Assembly (NCBI GenBank): GCA_951406725.2
Contig: OX597829.1
Span: forward strand, 45,632,001 to 45,696,000
DNA length: 64,000 bases
Source: Octopus vulgaris
Lineage: Eukaryota
Reading direction: 5' to 3'
Position 1 is the first letter of the stretch; each line of letters starts with the position of its first letter. The position numbers were made by a program, and so were the translations under genes. Shown piece after piece: positions 26,172 through 38,621 of the stretch. The notes beneath the pieces are model-generated. The model was not told the DNA's origin, ran no database searches, and saw nothing but the letters and a program-made list of their open reading frames with translations.

Positions 26172-26405
26172 CCTATTTCTTTACTACCCACAAGGGGCTA
26201 AACACAGAGGGGACAAACAAGGGCAGACAAAGGGATTAAGTCGATTACATTGACACCAGTGCGTTACTGGTACTTAATTTATTGACCCCGAAAGGATGAA
26301 AGTCAAAGTCAACCTCGGCGGAATTTGAACTCAGAACGTAACGGCAGACGAAATACGACTACGCATTTCGCCCGGTGCGCTAACGTTTCTGCCAGCTCAC
26401 CGCCT
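26172..26405 (-). mobile_element. SINE family B, full length
   Basis: Matches the 2794 copy. Confidence 0.9.
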
Positions 26406-26664
26406 TCATTATATATAACTACTTATCTAATTACCTACATATTTAAAGTGGATATTGAAGTTTGGCACAATTCTTTAACATATTAGATCCTGTCAAAACA
26501 TTCAACCCATACCAACATGGGACATAGATGTTAATGATGATGATGATGATAGTGAAAATGAATTTCTTGATAAAACTCTGTTTTTGTACATTGTCAGTAA
26601 AATATAGTACTAACCAATTTCATAGGTCATCATAATTATTTCCGTCCCTCAAATTTTATTCTAT

Positions 26665-27152
26665 CAATGCATACCTTTCCTTCATTGGACACTAAACTTT
26701 GCTTGCGAAGACCTGTTGAGGCAGGGGAAATTGAAATCAAATTCGGTGACTGGCATCTGTGCTAGTGGAGCACTAAGAGCACCATCCAAGTATGATCATT
26801 GCCAGAGCAGCTAATGGGCTTCCATGACGGTGGCACGTAAAATGCACCATTCGAGCGTGATCGTTACCAGCGTCGCCTTACTGGCACTTGCGCTGGTGGC
26901 ACTTGAAAAAGCATTCGAGCGAGGTCGTTGCCAGTACTGCTGGACTGGCTCCTGTGCAAGTGGCACGTAAAAAAACATCATTTGAGCACCCACTACACTC
27001 TCGGAGTGGTTGGCGTTAGGAAGGGCATCCAGCTATAGAAACTCTGCCAGATCAAGATTGGAGCCTGGTACAGCCATCTGGTTTGCCAGTCCTCAGTCAA
27101 ATCATCCAACTCATGCTAGCATGGAAAGCGGACATTAAACAATGATGATGAT
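26665..27152 (+). mobile_element. longest family C copy (RTE-like LINE 3' UTR)
   Basis: Internal repeats GGTGGCACGTAAAA...CATTCGAGCG, (GAT)n tail; no tRNA head and variable 5' truncation across copies. Confidence 0.75.
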
Positions 27153-27370
27153 GTGTCTTGTTAAAAACAATTTATCAAAAAGCCTGATAGGTAAAATTGT
27201 TAGAGTATTGGACAAAATTCCTTGAGGTATTTGTTCTAGTTCTTTACATTCCAAGTCCAAATCTTGGCATTCATTCTTTTGCATTGATAAAATAAATACT
27301 AGTCCTGTTATGATGTTGATTTAACTCCTTAACCGTCATTGTTCTATGATACAAGCTTCTTGCTTTAGAG

Positions 27371-28026
27371 CATAGGTTCTCAAAGTGGGTGCTATTGGCA
27401 CCTGGGCATTGAGATGGTCCAGGTGGGCACTGGTGCCTAAGGGGGTGGTAGAGGAAAAGGAGGTATTGGGAGGAAAGCAGTGAATTGGGGTACGCTATGA
27501 ATTTATTATAATATTATTATAGTATTGTGTACAAATTATATAATATATTAAATATAAAATGATATATATACATATAGGCATAGGAGTGGCTGTGTGGTAA
27601 GTAGTTTGCTTATGAACCACATGGTTCTGGGTTCAGTCCCACTGCATGGTACCTTGGGTAAGGGTCTTCTACTATAGCCTTGGTCCAACCAAAGCTTTGT
27701 GAGTGGATTTGGTAGACGGAAACTGAAAGCCTGTGATATATATGTGTGTGTGTCTGTGTTTGTCCTCCCAACATCGCTTGACAACCGATGCTGGTGTGTT
27801 TACGTCTCCGTAACTTAGCGGTTCGGCAAAAGAGACCGATAGAATAAGTACTAGGCTTACAAAGAATAAGTCCTGGGGTTGATTTTCTCGACTAAAGGCG
27901 GTGCTCCAGCATGGCCACAGTCAAATGACTGAAACAAATAAAACAGCATATAAATAGGGGTGGGGCTGCTGAGGGTAATATGTGGCTATGAAGGGTGCAG
28001 TGGCCCTAAAAGTTTGAGGACCTCTG
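27371..28026. mobile_element. hAT MITE interrupted by SINE A (about 27575-27945, +)
   Basis: Ends CATAGGTTCTCAAA / TTTGAGGACCTCTG; TSD CTTTAGAG/CCTTACAG (6 of 8). Confidence 0.75.
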
Positions 28027-28559
28027 CCTTACAGTGACATGAGTCAAAAAAAAAAAAACCTATCAACCCTTAATGCCAGTCTATGTCCCAAACACACAGC
28101 TTAATAACAATGAATCATTTTACTAAATTCTTTAGTAATTTCATAATTGATTGGAACAAAAGCAGGTTATTTCAATGGAAATATAATAATGAAAGTGTTG
28201 ATCTGTAAAAGTAGTGCAACAATTTGATCCCTAAAACCTTTCTTTTAATAACATCGAACGTTATTCAACATGATAGCTATTTAACTGAGCTAAGTATTTC
28301 ATTATTAATTGATTTATTTTCTTATATATTTAGTAACAAAGGTGGAACAAAAAAATGCGAGTAACAATTGAAGCATATCTAATTATTGGAAAGTGTTAAA
28401 TCAAGTCTTGTTAAATGGAAACAGTATTGAGTTCATCCTCCTATCAACCTGTTTTGAGGATGATGACCTGGTTGTCAGGCAACACCAGGTTTATCAAACA
28501 GCAATATACCTTTGTTGATAACATACTGTCAGTCCTTTAAATCTTGTCTGTCTATCTCT

Positions 28560-29225
28560 TACACTCTTTATTGTTCCATTTATCGGGCTGCGGCCATGCT
28601 GGAGTACCGCCTTCAGTCGAGCAAATCGACCCCGGGACTTATTCTTTGTAAGCCTGGTACTTATTCTATCGGTCTGTTTTGCCGAACCGCTAAGTGACAG
28701 GGACGTAAACACACCAGCATCGGTTGTCAAGCAATGCTAGAGGGACAAACACAGACACACAAACATATACACACACACACATACATACATATATATATAT
28801 ACATATATACAACGGGCTTCTTTCAGTTTCTGTCTACCAAATCCACTCACAGAAGACACTTTGCAGAAGACACTTTGCCCAAGATGCCACGCAGTGGGAC
28901 TGAACCCGGAACCATGTGGCTGGTGAGCAAGCTACTTACCACACAGCCACTCCTGCGTCTAGTTACTTATTCTATCAGTATCTTTTGCTGAACCTCAATG
29001 TTGCATGGATGTGAACAAACCAACATCCATTGTCAAACATTGGCGAGAACACACACACACACACATACACAGCTTCTTTCTGTTTCTATGTACCAAATTT
29101 ATGCTCAAGGTTTTAGTTGACCCGGGGCTATAGTAGAAGACACTTGCCTGGGATGCCATGCAGGGGACTGAACCTAGAACCACGTAGTTGCGAAACAAAC
29201 TTCTTACTGCACAACCACACCTGCA
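28560..29225 (-). mobile_element. two tandem SINE A copies (28560-28938 young, 28940-29225 older)
   Basis: Reverse matches to the family A head and tail. Confidence 0.85.
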
Positions 29226-29375
29226 TCTATAACTTTACCTGTGTCTAAGATCACACCTGTCAAGCAACCTCTTTTGCCAATGTTACAACACAGGAAAAGA
29301 ATAACGTAACGTCATCACTGACATGAGCTTCATCTGAATTACCACGAACTGACTACCGTTTGCACTTGTACTTAC

Positions 29376-29465
29376 CACAATATGATAGTTTAACGATCTA
29401 TCCCAGTTTATTGTCGGCGAGTTCAATGACCTTGTGACCTGGTAAACTGGTAACTCTGAGTGTTT
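29376..29465 (-). CDS. candidate internal coding exon KHSELPVYQVTRSLNSPTINWDRSLNYHIV (90 nt, phase 0/0), product unknown
   Basis: Reverse strand ATTGTGTTTTCAG acceptor, GTG|GTAAGT donor, open frame, non-repetitive sequence. Confidence 0.55.
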
Positions 29466-29556
29466 CTGAAAACACAATAGCTTTGTTAAATAACAAAACT
29501 ATGATCTGACTTTTAGCAGGCATAAGGCCCGGTACTAAGAAGTCATAAGCTATTAA

Positions 29557-30588
29557 CCCTTTCGTTACCATATTTATTTTGAGATGCTCTGTTTCTTTCA
29601 ATTAATTTTAAATATAGCAAGAACACTCAGAGAGTGCAAACCTCCACTATGGCAATATCAACATCCTCTCAACGATTAGCCGGAGATGGTTTTTAAAATG
29701 TGAATATCTGAAATAAACTCGACTGCTCTCACAAACAAGAATACTAAAAATGAACTTGACCGCTCTCAAAAATTAAGAAACAGAAAAAAAATCCAGAATC
29801 CCTGTCCAGTAACAGATTCATCCCCAAATCTAATCAGTTTGCGCCAGTCATGGGGCCAAACATCCCTGAAAGTTTCATGTGAATCCATCCTACGGTTCTT
29901 GAGATATCTTGTCCACAGACCAACAAACAAACAAACACAGCTGAAAACAATACCGCCGCCTTCACTAAGGCGGAAATAACAAAGAATTTAGTAAAATAAC
30001 TTGGTTATCATTAAGCTAGTGTTAGGAACATAAATTGTGACTAAGGTTTGGTGGAAGATTTTAATTCAAACTTTATGAAAACAAAACATTTGTATTACAG
30101 ATCCACAGATAGTTTCAAGTGGGTTGGTATCAAAAGGGTTAAGAATTGTTTCTCTGTTATATATTTTAACCCTTTTGTTACCATATTTCTGTTGATATAT
30201 TCTGTGTTTCTTTCAATTAATTTTAAATATAACAAAGAATTTAGTAAAATAAATTAGTTATCATTCAGCTAGTGTTAGGAACATAAATTGTGACTAAGGT
30301 TTGGTGGAAGATTTTAATTCAGAACTTTTGAAAAGAAGAGCCAGAGGCAGTTTCAGGTGGGTTGTTATCTAAAGGGTTAAGAATTATTTCTCTATTATAT
30401 ATTTTAACCCTTTTGTTACCATGAAATAACAAAGAATTTAGTAAAATAACTTGGTTATCATTAAGCTAGTGTTAGGAATGTAAATTCTGACTAAGGTTTG
30501 GTGGAAGATTTTAATTCAGAACTTATGGAAACAAGATAATTGTACTACAGAGCCAGAGGCGGTTTCAACCAGGTTGGTAACGAAAGGG
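29557..30588. mobile_element. three tandem TTAA (piggyBac-like) MITEs: 29557-30138, 30170-30376, 30408-30588
   Basis: TTAA|CCCTTTYGTTACCA ... TGGTAACGAAAGGG|TTAA. Confidence 0.88.
29616..29977 (+). mobile_element. Helentron-associated (HINE/DINE-like) non-autonomous element nested in the MITE
   Basis: Subterminal ACCTCCRC...; (AAAC)n; 3' palindrome CCGCCTTCACTAAGGCGG; no TSD; second copy at 61731. Confidence 0.65.
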
Positions 30589-31127
30589 TTAAATTGACCT
30601 CGGTTTTTTTATTGATTAATGAGACTTGAAATATAAAACTGACTTCAGTAGGAGCTAGCATGGAGGTATGGCTGTGTGGTAAGAAGCTTGTTTCTCAATC
30701 ACATGGTGTCAGGTTCAGACCCACTGCATAGCACTTTGGGCAAGTGTCTACTAATGTAGCTCCAGGTCAACCAAAGCCTGATGAGTAGATTTAGTAGACA
30801 GAAACTGTGGAAGCCTGTCATTATATATATATATATGTGTGTGTGTGTGTATGTGGGTGTGTGTTTGGGTACATGGTGTATGTGTGTATGTGTGTGTTTG
30901 TGCATGCACATGCATATATGCATGTATATATGTGTGTGTATATATAGATGTGTGTATGTATGTATGTATGTATGTGTGTGCATCTTTGTCTCCACCACTG
31001 CTTGACAACTGGTGCTGGTTTGCTTATGTCACTGTAACTCAATGGTTCAGCAAAAGAGACCTATAGAATAAGTACCCGGCTTTAAAAGTAAGTACCGGGG
31101 TCAATTTGTTATGATTGAACCCTTGAA

Positions 31128-31339
31128 CCCTTTAGCATTCAGGTTGCTCTGCTAAATGTATCCCTTATTCATTCCCATTGATTTGAATCAATCATGCATT
31201 ATCTCATAGCTTTAGTGATTTCAATGACATAATTTTTTATTTTTAGAATAATATTGTATTGTAAGTGCGAGAGGCTGGATCTGGCCAGTGAGAAGATAAA
31301 AACAGATAAATTGTTTTCGCTGGTATAAATGCAGAAGAG
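31128..31339. mobile_element. second TTAA MITE family, inside SINE A (30662-31400)
   Basis: CCCTTTAGCATT ... AATGCAGAAGAG|TTAA; homologous to 53246-53460. Confidence 0.75.
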
Positions 31340-31591
31340 TTAAGGCAGTGCCCCAGCATGGTCGCAGTACGAATGACAGAAACAAATAAAAGATAAAAGA
31401 TAAAAATTGTCTGAAGCTCTATTGATTTTGCCAGTCACTACCCTGTAATGAATTACATCATGAGACTTAGTGACTCAGAGGTTCCGTATTTAGAATTTGG
31501 TTATTTGTTGAAGTAGTGATCTGTGAGATTCGGTAAATTTCCAGAAAGGAATGTCATTGAAAACACAACTACAAAAAAAAAAGTAGTAGTA

Positions 31592-31623
<32 letters not shown>

Positions 31624-32006
31624 CAAATGAAAAGTAGATAAATACATAATAGTTGCCCAGTCTTTAATTCAAAGAACAACGCTACTCAGTTATTAATTCA
31701 AGAATTGAAACAGAACTGATGACATGTGTGCATACACACACACAAACACACACAAACACACACACACACACACATTCATACATACATTCACGCACATGTA
31801 TGTATGTGTTTGTGTTTATGTGTATATTGATGTATATGTATATATATATATATATATATATACATATATGTATGTATTTGTGTTTATATGTATATTGATG
31901 TATATGTGTATATATATATATATACATATATATATATACACACATGCTGATGCATATATATCTATATGTATACAGATGTATGTATATATGTATTTATATA
32001 CATGGT

Positions 32007-32044
<38 letters not shown>

Positions 32045-32804
32045 ATGATCACGTGACCGACCAGACTATCAGATGTTGCTACACATCGCTGGTCACAATG
32101 CGTTCGCATTGTTTTAGCCTTCGAATGACGCCACCCCGCTGGCTAAGCGAGCAGGCCAATATATATATAGATAGATAGATATACACACTCATGCACATAC
32201 ACATGCATATCATGTCACTGAATGAAGGTGACTGTGATTTCTTGATTTGTTAAAGTTAGTAGCCAAATGTTCTTCATATTGCACTGAACACCATATCTTT
32301 TTTTTGTTTTTAGTTTTTCTTTTTTCTGTTTTAATGACAGAATAGTATAATTCAACTGTGTTAGAGTTTGCTTTCTGATGATTACCTACTGAGCATGAAA
32401 GCATGAGTAATAAGATATAAAAGTAAAGTGAGTTTGGTAAATTTACTCTACTGAAGTTATCAATTTGTTTTTACTTTGTCTGGAAGTAGTTTTTTTTTTG
32501 TTTTTGAACAACACTGAGATATACACATATACATATATACATACACACATTTATAAAGTCATAAATGATAGAAATAGTTTGATGAAACTTTATTTAACAA
32601 TAAGAAAATTGTAATATCATGACAATTTGTTTCGTAACTTAAAAACATGTAAATATTTTATATTATTATATTTAATTATATACATGTCTTCATTAATGCA
32701 CAATGCAAAAGATCCTTCAAAATTAAGGAGCTTTTTTTATGAGTACTACCTGATTATTTGAATCCATATATTGTGACTTAAATTTACACATATATTTACA
32801 TATA

Positions 32805-33017
32805 TGAGGGGTTGTTGAAAAGTTTCTGGTTTAGGGTAAAAGATAACACAGGAGGATCAGTTAATTATGATTTTATTAAAAACATTCTCCTTACACATTC
32901 ATACACCTATTGCAAAGGACCCTCAGTTTTTCTAAGCCCTGTAAAAGAACTCAGAAGGGTGGGCCTCCAACCAGGTTTTTTGAGATACTCTTAAAGCCAG
33001 GAACTTTTCAGCGCTCC

Positions 33018-33020
<3 letters not shown>
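32805..33020. mobile_element. mariner-like MITE
   Basis: TA|TGAGGGGTTGTTGAAAAGTTTCTGGTTT ... AAAGCCAGGAACTTTTCAGCGCTCCTTG. Confidence 0.75.
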
Positions 33021-33110
<90 letters not shown>

Positions 33111-33116
33111 TACATA

Positions 33117-33325
33117 CAGTAATCCTTCACCATATCATGGTTTATCATTTAAGCTTACGTCGATTCCTCCATGGTGTCGTTTTGCATTTATAAGGAAATA
33201 AATGTATACAAATTATAAAAATAGTAGAATAGAATATACAGTACTGTACTGTTTCCACTTCACGGATTTTCACCTGTCACAGGGGTTTTTGGAATGTAAC
33301 ACCTGTGATAGTCGAGGGATTACTG
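33117..33325. mobile_element. Tigger/pogo-like MITE
   Basis: TA|CAGTAATCCTTC ... GAGGGATTACTG|TA. Confidence 0.85.
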
Positions 33326-33929
33326 TATATGTGTATGTGTATATATATATATAATGAAGTATGATGACTTGGTGGCAGAAATAACAAATGAGAGGTACCA
33401 TTGCATACCATTGCACAGTACAGGCGGTGGTAGTTGGCACAGAGAGGTTTGTTGCAGTAATCATGGGCCAGGTCAAGTCGCAAAAGAACGACAATGAAGC
33501 ACCTGTCAGAGACAGTTTAGAAGAGCTCAGTTTGGTCATGGGGGAAAAGGAATGATAGATGGAACTGAAAGAAGATACAACAAACCACTAAATATAGTAG
33601 AAAGGAAACTCAGTTTGAAAAGTACAAGCAGTGGCTGAACAATAGGTTCACCCCAAAAGATTTGAGTGTAATCGCCATTGAAGGTGGCATTTAAATAACA
33701 GCAGGAGGACATCTAGGAGCCACTACATAGGTGGGCCTGGCTCCTTTGGAGTGTCAGGAACTAATGAGCTGAAACTCTTGTTTGACAGTTCTTCCTCTTA
33801 AGACTTCTCCTGCTGTCTGCTCACTCTGTACCAAGTTTCCACTCTCTCTCTTTCTTTCTTTTTCTCTCCCTCTCTCTCCCACCTCTCTTTTGATATATAT
33901 CTATATTGTGTGTGTGTATATATATTGTG

Positions 33930-33977
<48 letters not shown>

Positions 33978-33984
33978 ATGTGCT

Positions 33985-34084
33985 TATCTATCTATTTACT
34001 TACCTATCTATCTATTTACCTACCTACCTACATACTGACCTATCTACCTATCTATCTATTTACCTACCTACCTATCTATTTACC

Positions 34085-34164
<80 letters not shown>

Positions 34165-34232
34165 CCTACCTACCTACCTACCTACACACCTACCTACCCA
34201 CCCACCTACCTACCTACATTCATTCATTCATT
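33985..34232. repeat. (TATC)n/(TACC)n tetranucleotide microsatellite
   Basis: Direct reading. Confidence 0.95.
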
Positions 34233-35462
34233 AAGGAATGGAGTAGATGAGATCCGAGCTACTTATGTTTCATAATGAACGGAACCTCCGAAGTGGCAAA
34301 TATCTAAGTGAGGTGTATACCACAGGCTACTTGTTAGGCCAACTGTATTTTGATTAAATGAAAGTTTACATTGTTGCAAGGAGGTTCACGTTAACACATG
34401 GAAAATTCAATCAAAATGTTTAGAAACAAGGGAGACAGGTTCCCTCCCTATGCTAGTTGTAGGGAGTGAGCCTGACTCCCTTGCCAGCTGTTAGAAAAGT
34501 GCTCTCATGTGGCTAAGAGTTGTTTCTAGCAATGCCGGTGCCTACTAGCACCCTCTGTCACTTTAGTGATGTCTATACTTGTTGCGGATATGTATATATA
34601 ATATATATATATGTATATGTAATGCTTGCATGGATATATATGATATACTTAGACGTTTTGACATTGTGTAAATGTGTGTGTGAGTTTGTGTGTGATTTGA
34701 AACTAGAAACCACTCCCATGTAGTCTTAATTTATTCATTGTGTCACTATTACTGGTTTAGCCACCCCAGTATTAGAAATCTAACCCAGAAAGCATGCAGG
34801 CAAATATACTTTTATTGCACCAACTTAAATATGTATAAATCTGTCCGTCTGTCGTCATACACACACATAGATAGACTTACTCAGTGTCTGTTTCTCTCTT
34901 GTCTGCCTACATATTTCTGTCTGTCGGTCTCACTCGGTGCGGGCATGGCTGTGTGGTTAGGGAGCTTGCTTCCTAGCTACATGGTTTCGGGTTCAGTCCC
35001 ACTGCGTGGCACTTTTGGGCAGGTGTCTTCTGCTATAGCCCCGAGTCGACCAAAGCTTTGTGATTGAATTCGGTAGGCGGAGGTTACTGCCGTGTGTGTA
35101 TATGTGTGTGTAGGTGCTCAGTGCCTCTCCGAAAGAGAGAGAGGGATATATATATATGTATGATGGCACATGGCTTAGTGGTTAGGGTGTTGCACTCATG
35201 ATCACAAGACGATAATTACAATTCATAGACTGGGTAAGTGTGTTGTGTTCTTGAATAAAACACTTTATCTTACGTCACTCTACAATCACTTCAACGACAC
35301 CTGACGTGTGGTACACAGTGCACCTGTTCAGGCAACGTTGATTTGATGAAGGAAGTGAGTTAATGTACAGCACATTCATTGGATCACTATAAACAAACTA
35401 TTTGTGTGGGGTTGCTTGGCAAAAGCTGAATGCTCATGTGTGATCTTCGATGGGAGTGTTCA

Positions 35463-35857
35463 TCTTTATATATAAAAGAGAGGTTGTGTGCTGTCTGTCT
35501 CCTACGATTTAGATTCCTAACTACTCCCACACTTTGTGGTGCAGTGTAACCAAAACCGGGTATCTTATAGTCGTGATTCATATCAAGCCCTTCTGGGTAT
35601 TGGCGCGTGTCTACAATGTGTCTACGATTTAAAAAAAAATTTACCATCGTTTTCCCCCATTTTTAATGCATTTTTTTGCTATTATATAAGGGAAGTAACT
35701 CTCTAAAAATGTATTATTAAATCTCAGAACGTAAAAAGCTACAGTAACACCCCCCTTTGTGGTTAGCCATATTGAGATGGCTCTTATACTTTACATCTCT
35801 AAAAATGCTTATATAGTTATTTCCCTTACAAACCTGAGCAACGCCAGGCGATACTGC

Positions 35858-35860
<3 letters not shown>
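35463..35860 (+). mobile_element. non-autonomous Helitron
   Basis: A|TC 5' end, subterminal hairpin CCTGAGCAACGCCAGG, CTAG|T 3' end, no TSD; abuts a family D-like SINE (35163-35462). Confidence 0.85.
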
Positions 35861-35951
<91 letters not shown>

Positions 35952-35952
<1 letters not shown>

Positions 35953-36255
35953 GAGACGCAATGGCCCAGTGGTTAGGGCAGTGGACTCGCAGTTAGAGGA
36001 TCGCGGTTTCGATTCCCAGACCAGGTGTTGTGTGTGTTTATTTTAGTGAAAACACCTAAAAGCTCCACAAGGCTCCGGCAGAGGGTGGTGGCGACCCCTG
36101 TTGTAATCTTTCGCCACAACTTTCTCTCACTGTCTCTTCCTGTTTCTTGAGTAACACTGCGATGGACTGGCGTCCCGTCCAGCTGGGGGGAACACATACG
36201 CCACAGAAACTGGGAAACCGGGCCCATGAGCCTGGCTAGACTTGAAAAGGGTGAC
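35952..36255 (+). mobile_element. SINE family G (tRNA-Arg-like head), tail type 1
   Basis: TGGCCCAGTGGTTAGGGCAGTGGACTCGCAG...GGTTTCGATTCCC; tail GCGATGGACTGGCGTCCCGTCCAG. Confidence 0.85.
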
Positions 36256-36429
36256 GTAAGAGAGTACATTATAAAGCTTGTCCACTTTCAGATTTCATCC
36301 CATGCTATACAGTTGTAATATTATATGCACTTCCTGGTTTGTGCTTGAGCTTCTGTCATGTGTGAATAGATAATTGAAAAAATTTGGAGTCAACAAGGAG
36401 TAGGAGTGCAACTGGACATTTGTTATTTA

Positions 36430-36535
36430 ATCACTACAATTGTTTCTACGCAATGTAGTTCTCCAGACATACAGGTACTTGATTATGCAACCATTTCCCT
36501 GCATTATGAGATCTAGTTGTGTTTCCTCAGGTGAT
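36430..36535 (-). ncRNA. type-I hammerhead-like motif with long stem II insert
   Basis: ATCAC-CTGAGGA-aACACAA..TTGCGTa-GAAA-CAATTG-TA-GTGAT. Confidence 0.55.
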
Positions 36536-36964
36536 ATGTAAATATTGTTTCCATATATATATATGGCCCAGGAAGACATGGGGACAAAGTAGTGAAGGCT
36601 GATCCTCAGACACTATGCTCTCTCATATCTGCCATCATGCCCCACTCACGGTTGCTAATGTTATGTATCTTATGTATCTCTACAACCTGACCCCCACTCC
36701 CCATTGTTCTTACACCTTGCACATCATCGCCTTATTCTCCTTTCTGAGCCACTCCTATCTCCCTCATCTTTCTCCTTCTCCATACTGATATTTCCAAAAC
36801 TGCAATGCCAACTTTGTTCATCACTCATTACATTCACTTCTAGCCACATTTCTGAACACCTGCTACACAGAGGTAAACAATAGGTGATTATCTCACTTGC
36901 ATTTACCTTTATAGCAAGGCATTTCCCCCTCCATATTTGAAGAAGTCAGAGGCTAGAAGTGTTT

Positions 36965-37025
36965 GGGGTCTGAAGATAAGCTGTAAAGCCAGATACCTTA
37001 TGAGCGAGAAACCCAGGGTAGTCCT
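36965..37025 (+). ncRNA. type-I hammerhead-like motif, decayed stems
   Basis: GGGGT-CTGAAGA-taagct..agcga-GAAA-CCCAGGG-TA-GTCCT. Confidence 0.4.
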
Positions 37026-37134
37026 ATAAACCGGCCTCCCCCATTATAATAGGAACTGCTCTTCATCTCAGACTGTGTTTCTCCTCCAAATTTATGTATT
37101 TCTACAAATGATATCTGTCAGTCTGTCTATATAT

Positions 37135-37437
37135 CACATGATTACGTGACCGATCAGGTTATCAGATGTTGTTACATATCGCTGGTCACAATGCACTTCA
37201 CATTGTTTTAGCCTTCAAATGACGCCACCCCACTGGCTAAGCAAGTAGGCCAACAGAAGAAAGAATGAGAGAAAGTTGCGATGAAAGAGTACAGCAGGGA
37301 TTGCCACCACCCCTGCCAGAGCCTTGTGGAGCTTTAGGTGTTTTTGCTCAATAAACACTCACAACGCCTGGTCTGGGAATTGAAACCACAATCCTACAAC
37401 CAAGAGTCTGCTATCCTAACCACTGGGCCAGTTGCAC
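37135..37437 (-). mobile_element. SINE family G, tail type 2 (tail fragment also at 32041-32160)
   Basis: Same head as 35952; different tail ending ...GGTCACGTAATCATGTGA. Confidence 0.85.
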
Positions 37438-37759
37438 CTCAACCTGTCTACATGTATATATCTAAATATATATATAAATACGTATGTATATACGTATATA
37501 CGTAAATATATATGTAAATACATATGTAAATATGTATATATGTATATATGTATGTATATATGTATATACATATGTATATATAGTATGTATATATGAATAC
37601 ATGTATATACGTATGTATGTATATATATACATATGTATATATAGTTGTATATATGAATACATGTATATACGTATGCATATATATATATATATATACGTAT
37701 GTATGTATATATACGTATGCATGTATATGTATGTATGCATGTATATGGATGCATGCATA

Positions 37760-37792
<33 letters not shown>

Positions 37793-37974
37793 TTATGTAT
37801 GTATACATATACATATGCATATATATATGATTATATGTATGTACATGTATGTGTGTGTGTGTATATATATATTTATATGTATATCTATATATAATTGTTA
37901 AAGAGGACAACAAACATAAAGTCAAGGCAAACATCTCACGTCTTATACAATATTGTTATTGGAAAAAATTCGAA

Positions 37975-38030
37975 GTCTTACAGTTGTTTCTGGGATATCC
38001 CCGAGTATGGGATATTCCGTCATCAGAGAC
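37975..38030 (-). ncRNA. type-I hammerhead ribozyme motif (best-preserved core)
   Basis: GTCT-CTGATGA-cGGAATATCCC atactcg GGGATATCCCa-GAAA-CAACTG-TA-AGAC. Confidence 0.7.
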
Positions 38031-38590
38031 AAATAGGGAAAATGAGGAGGATATATATTAATGAAATGATGACATAGAGGAAGGGAGTAAAGAAATAAGG
38101 ATACGAATAGAGGGAAGAAAAATAGCATAACAGTTCATAGTTCAACTTTCCAAAGTTGTAGAAACAAGAGCATAAGCCCTTAGGTGCAATCCTGTGTAAA
38201 TACGCAGGATTGCACCTAAGGAATTATGCTCATGGATCACAGGGATGTGAGTTCAAATCTCATAGCTGGCCGCTGACAAATTTTTTTGCAAAATAAGGGT
38301 AGTTTATCCTATTCATGTTATATTATTAACATTATCCTGTGTTTGAGAATAAAATTATTTCCTTATCTTTCAATACATCTCAATGCTTCTAAAGCAAACT
38401 TTGTTGACTTTCAACGTAAATTGAATTTAACATATATGTATGTATGTGTGTATAAAGACGTGTATATATGTGTATGTATGCAGATATGTATATATGGAAT
38501 CTATGCATGCATGTATGTATGTATAAAGATGTGTATGTAAGCAGATATGTATATATGGAATCTATCTGAATGTATATGTGTATATATGAG

Positions 38591-38621
<31 letters not shown>

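Noticed and set aside
29427-29440. TGACCT-tg-TGACCT nuclear receptor DR2 site
   Set aside because: It falls inside the candidate coding exon, and a single motif can arise by chance.
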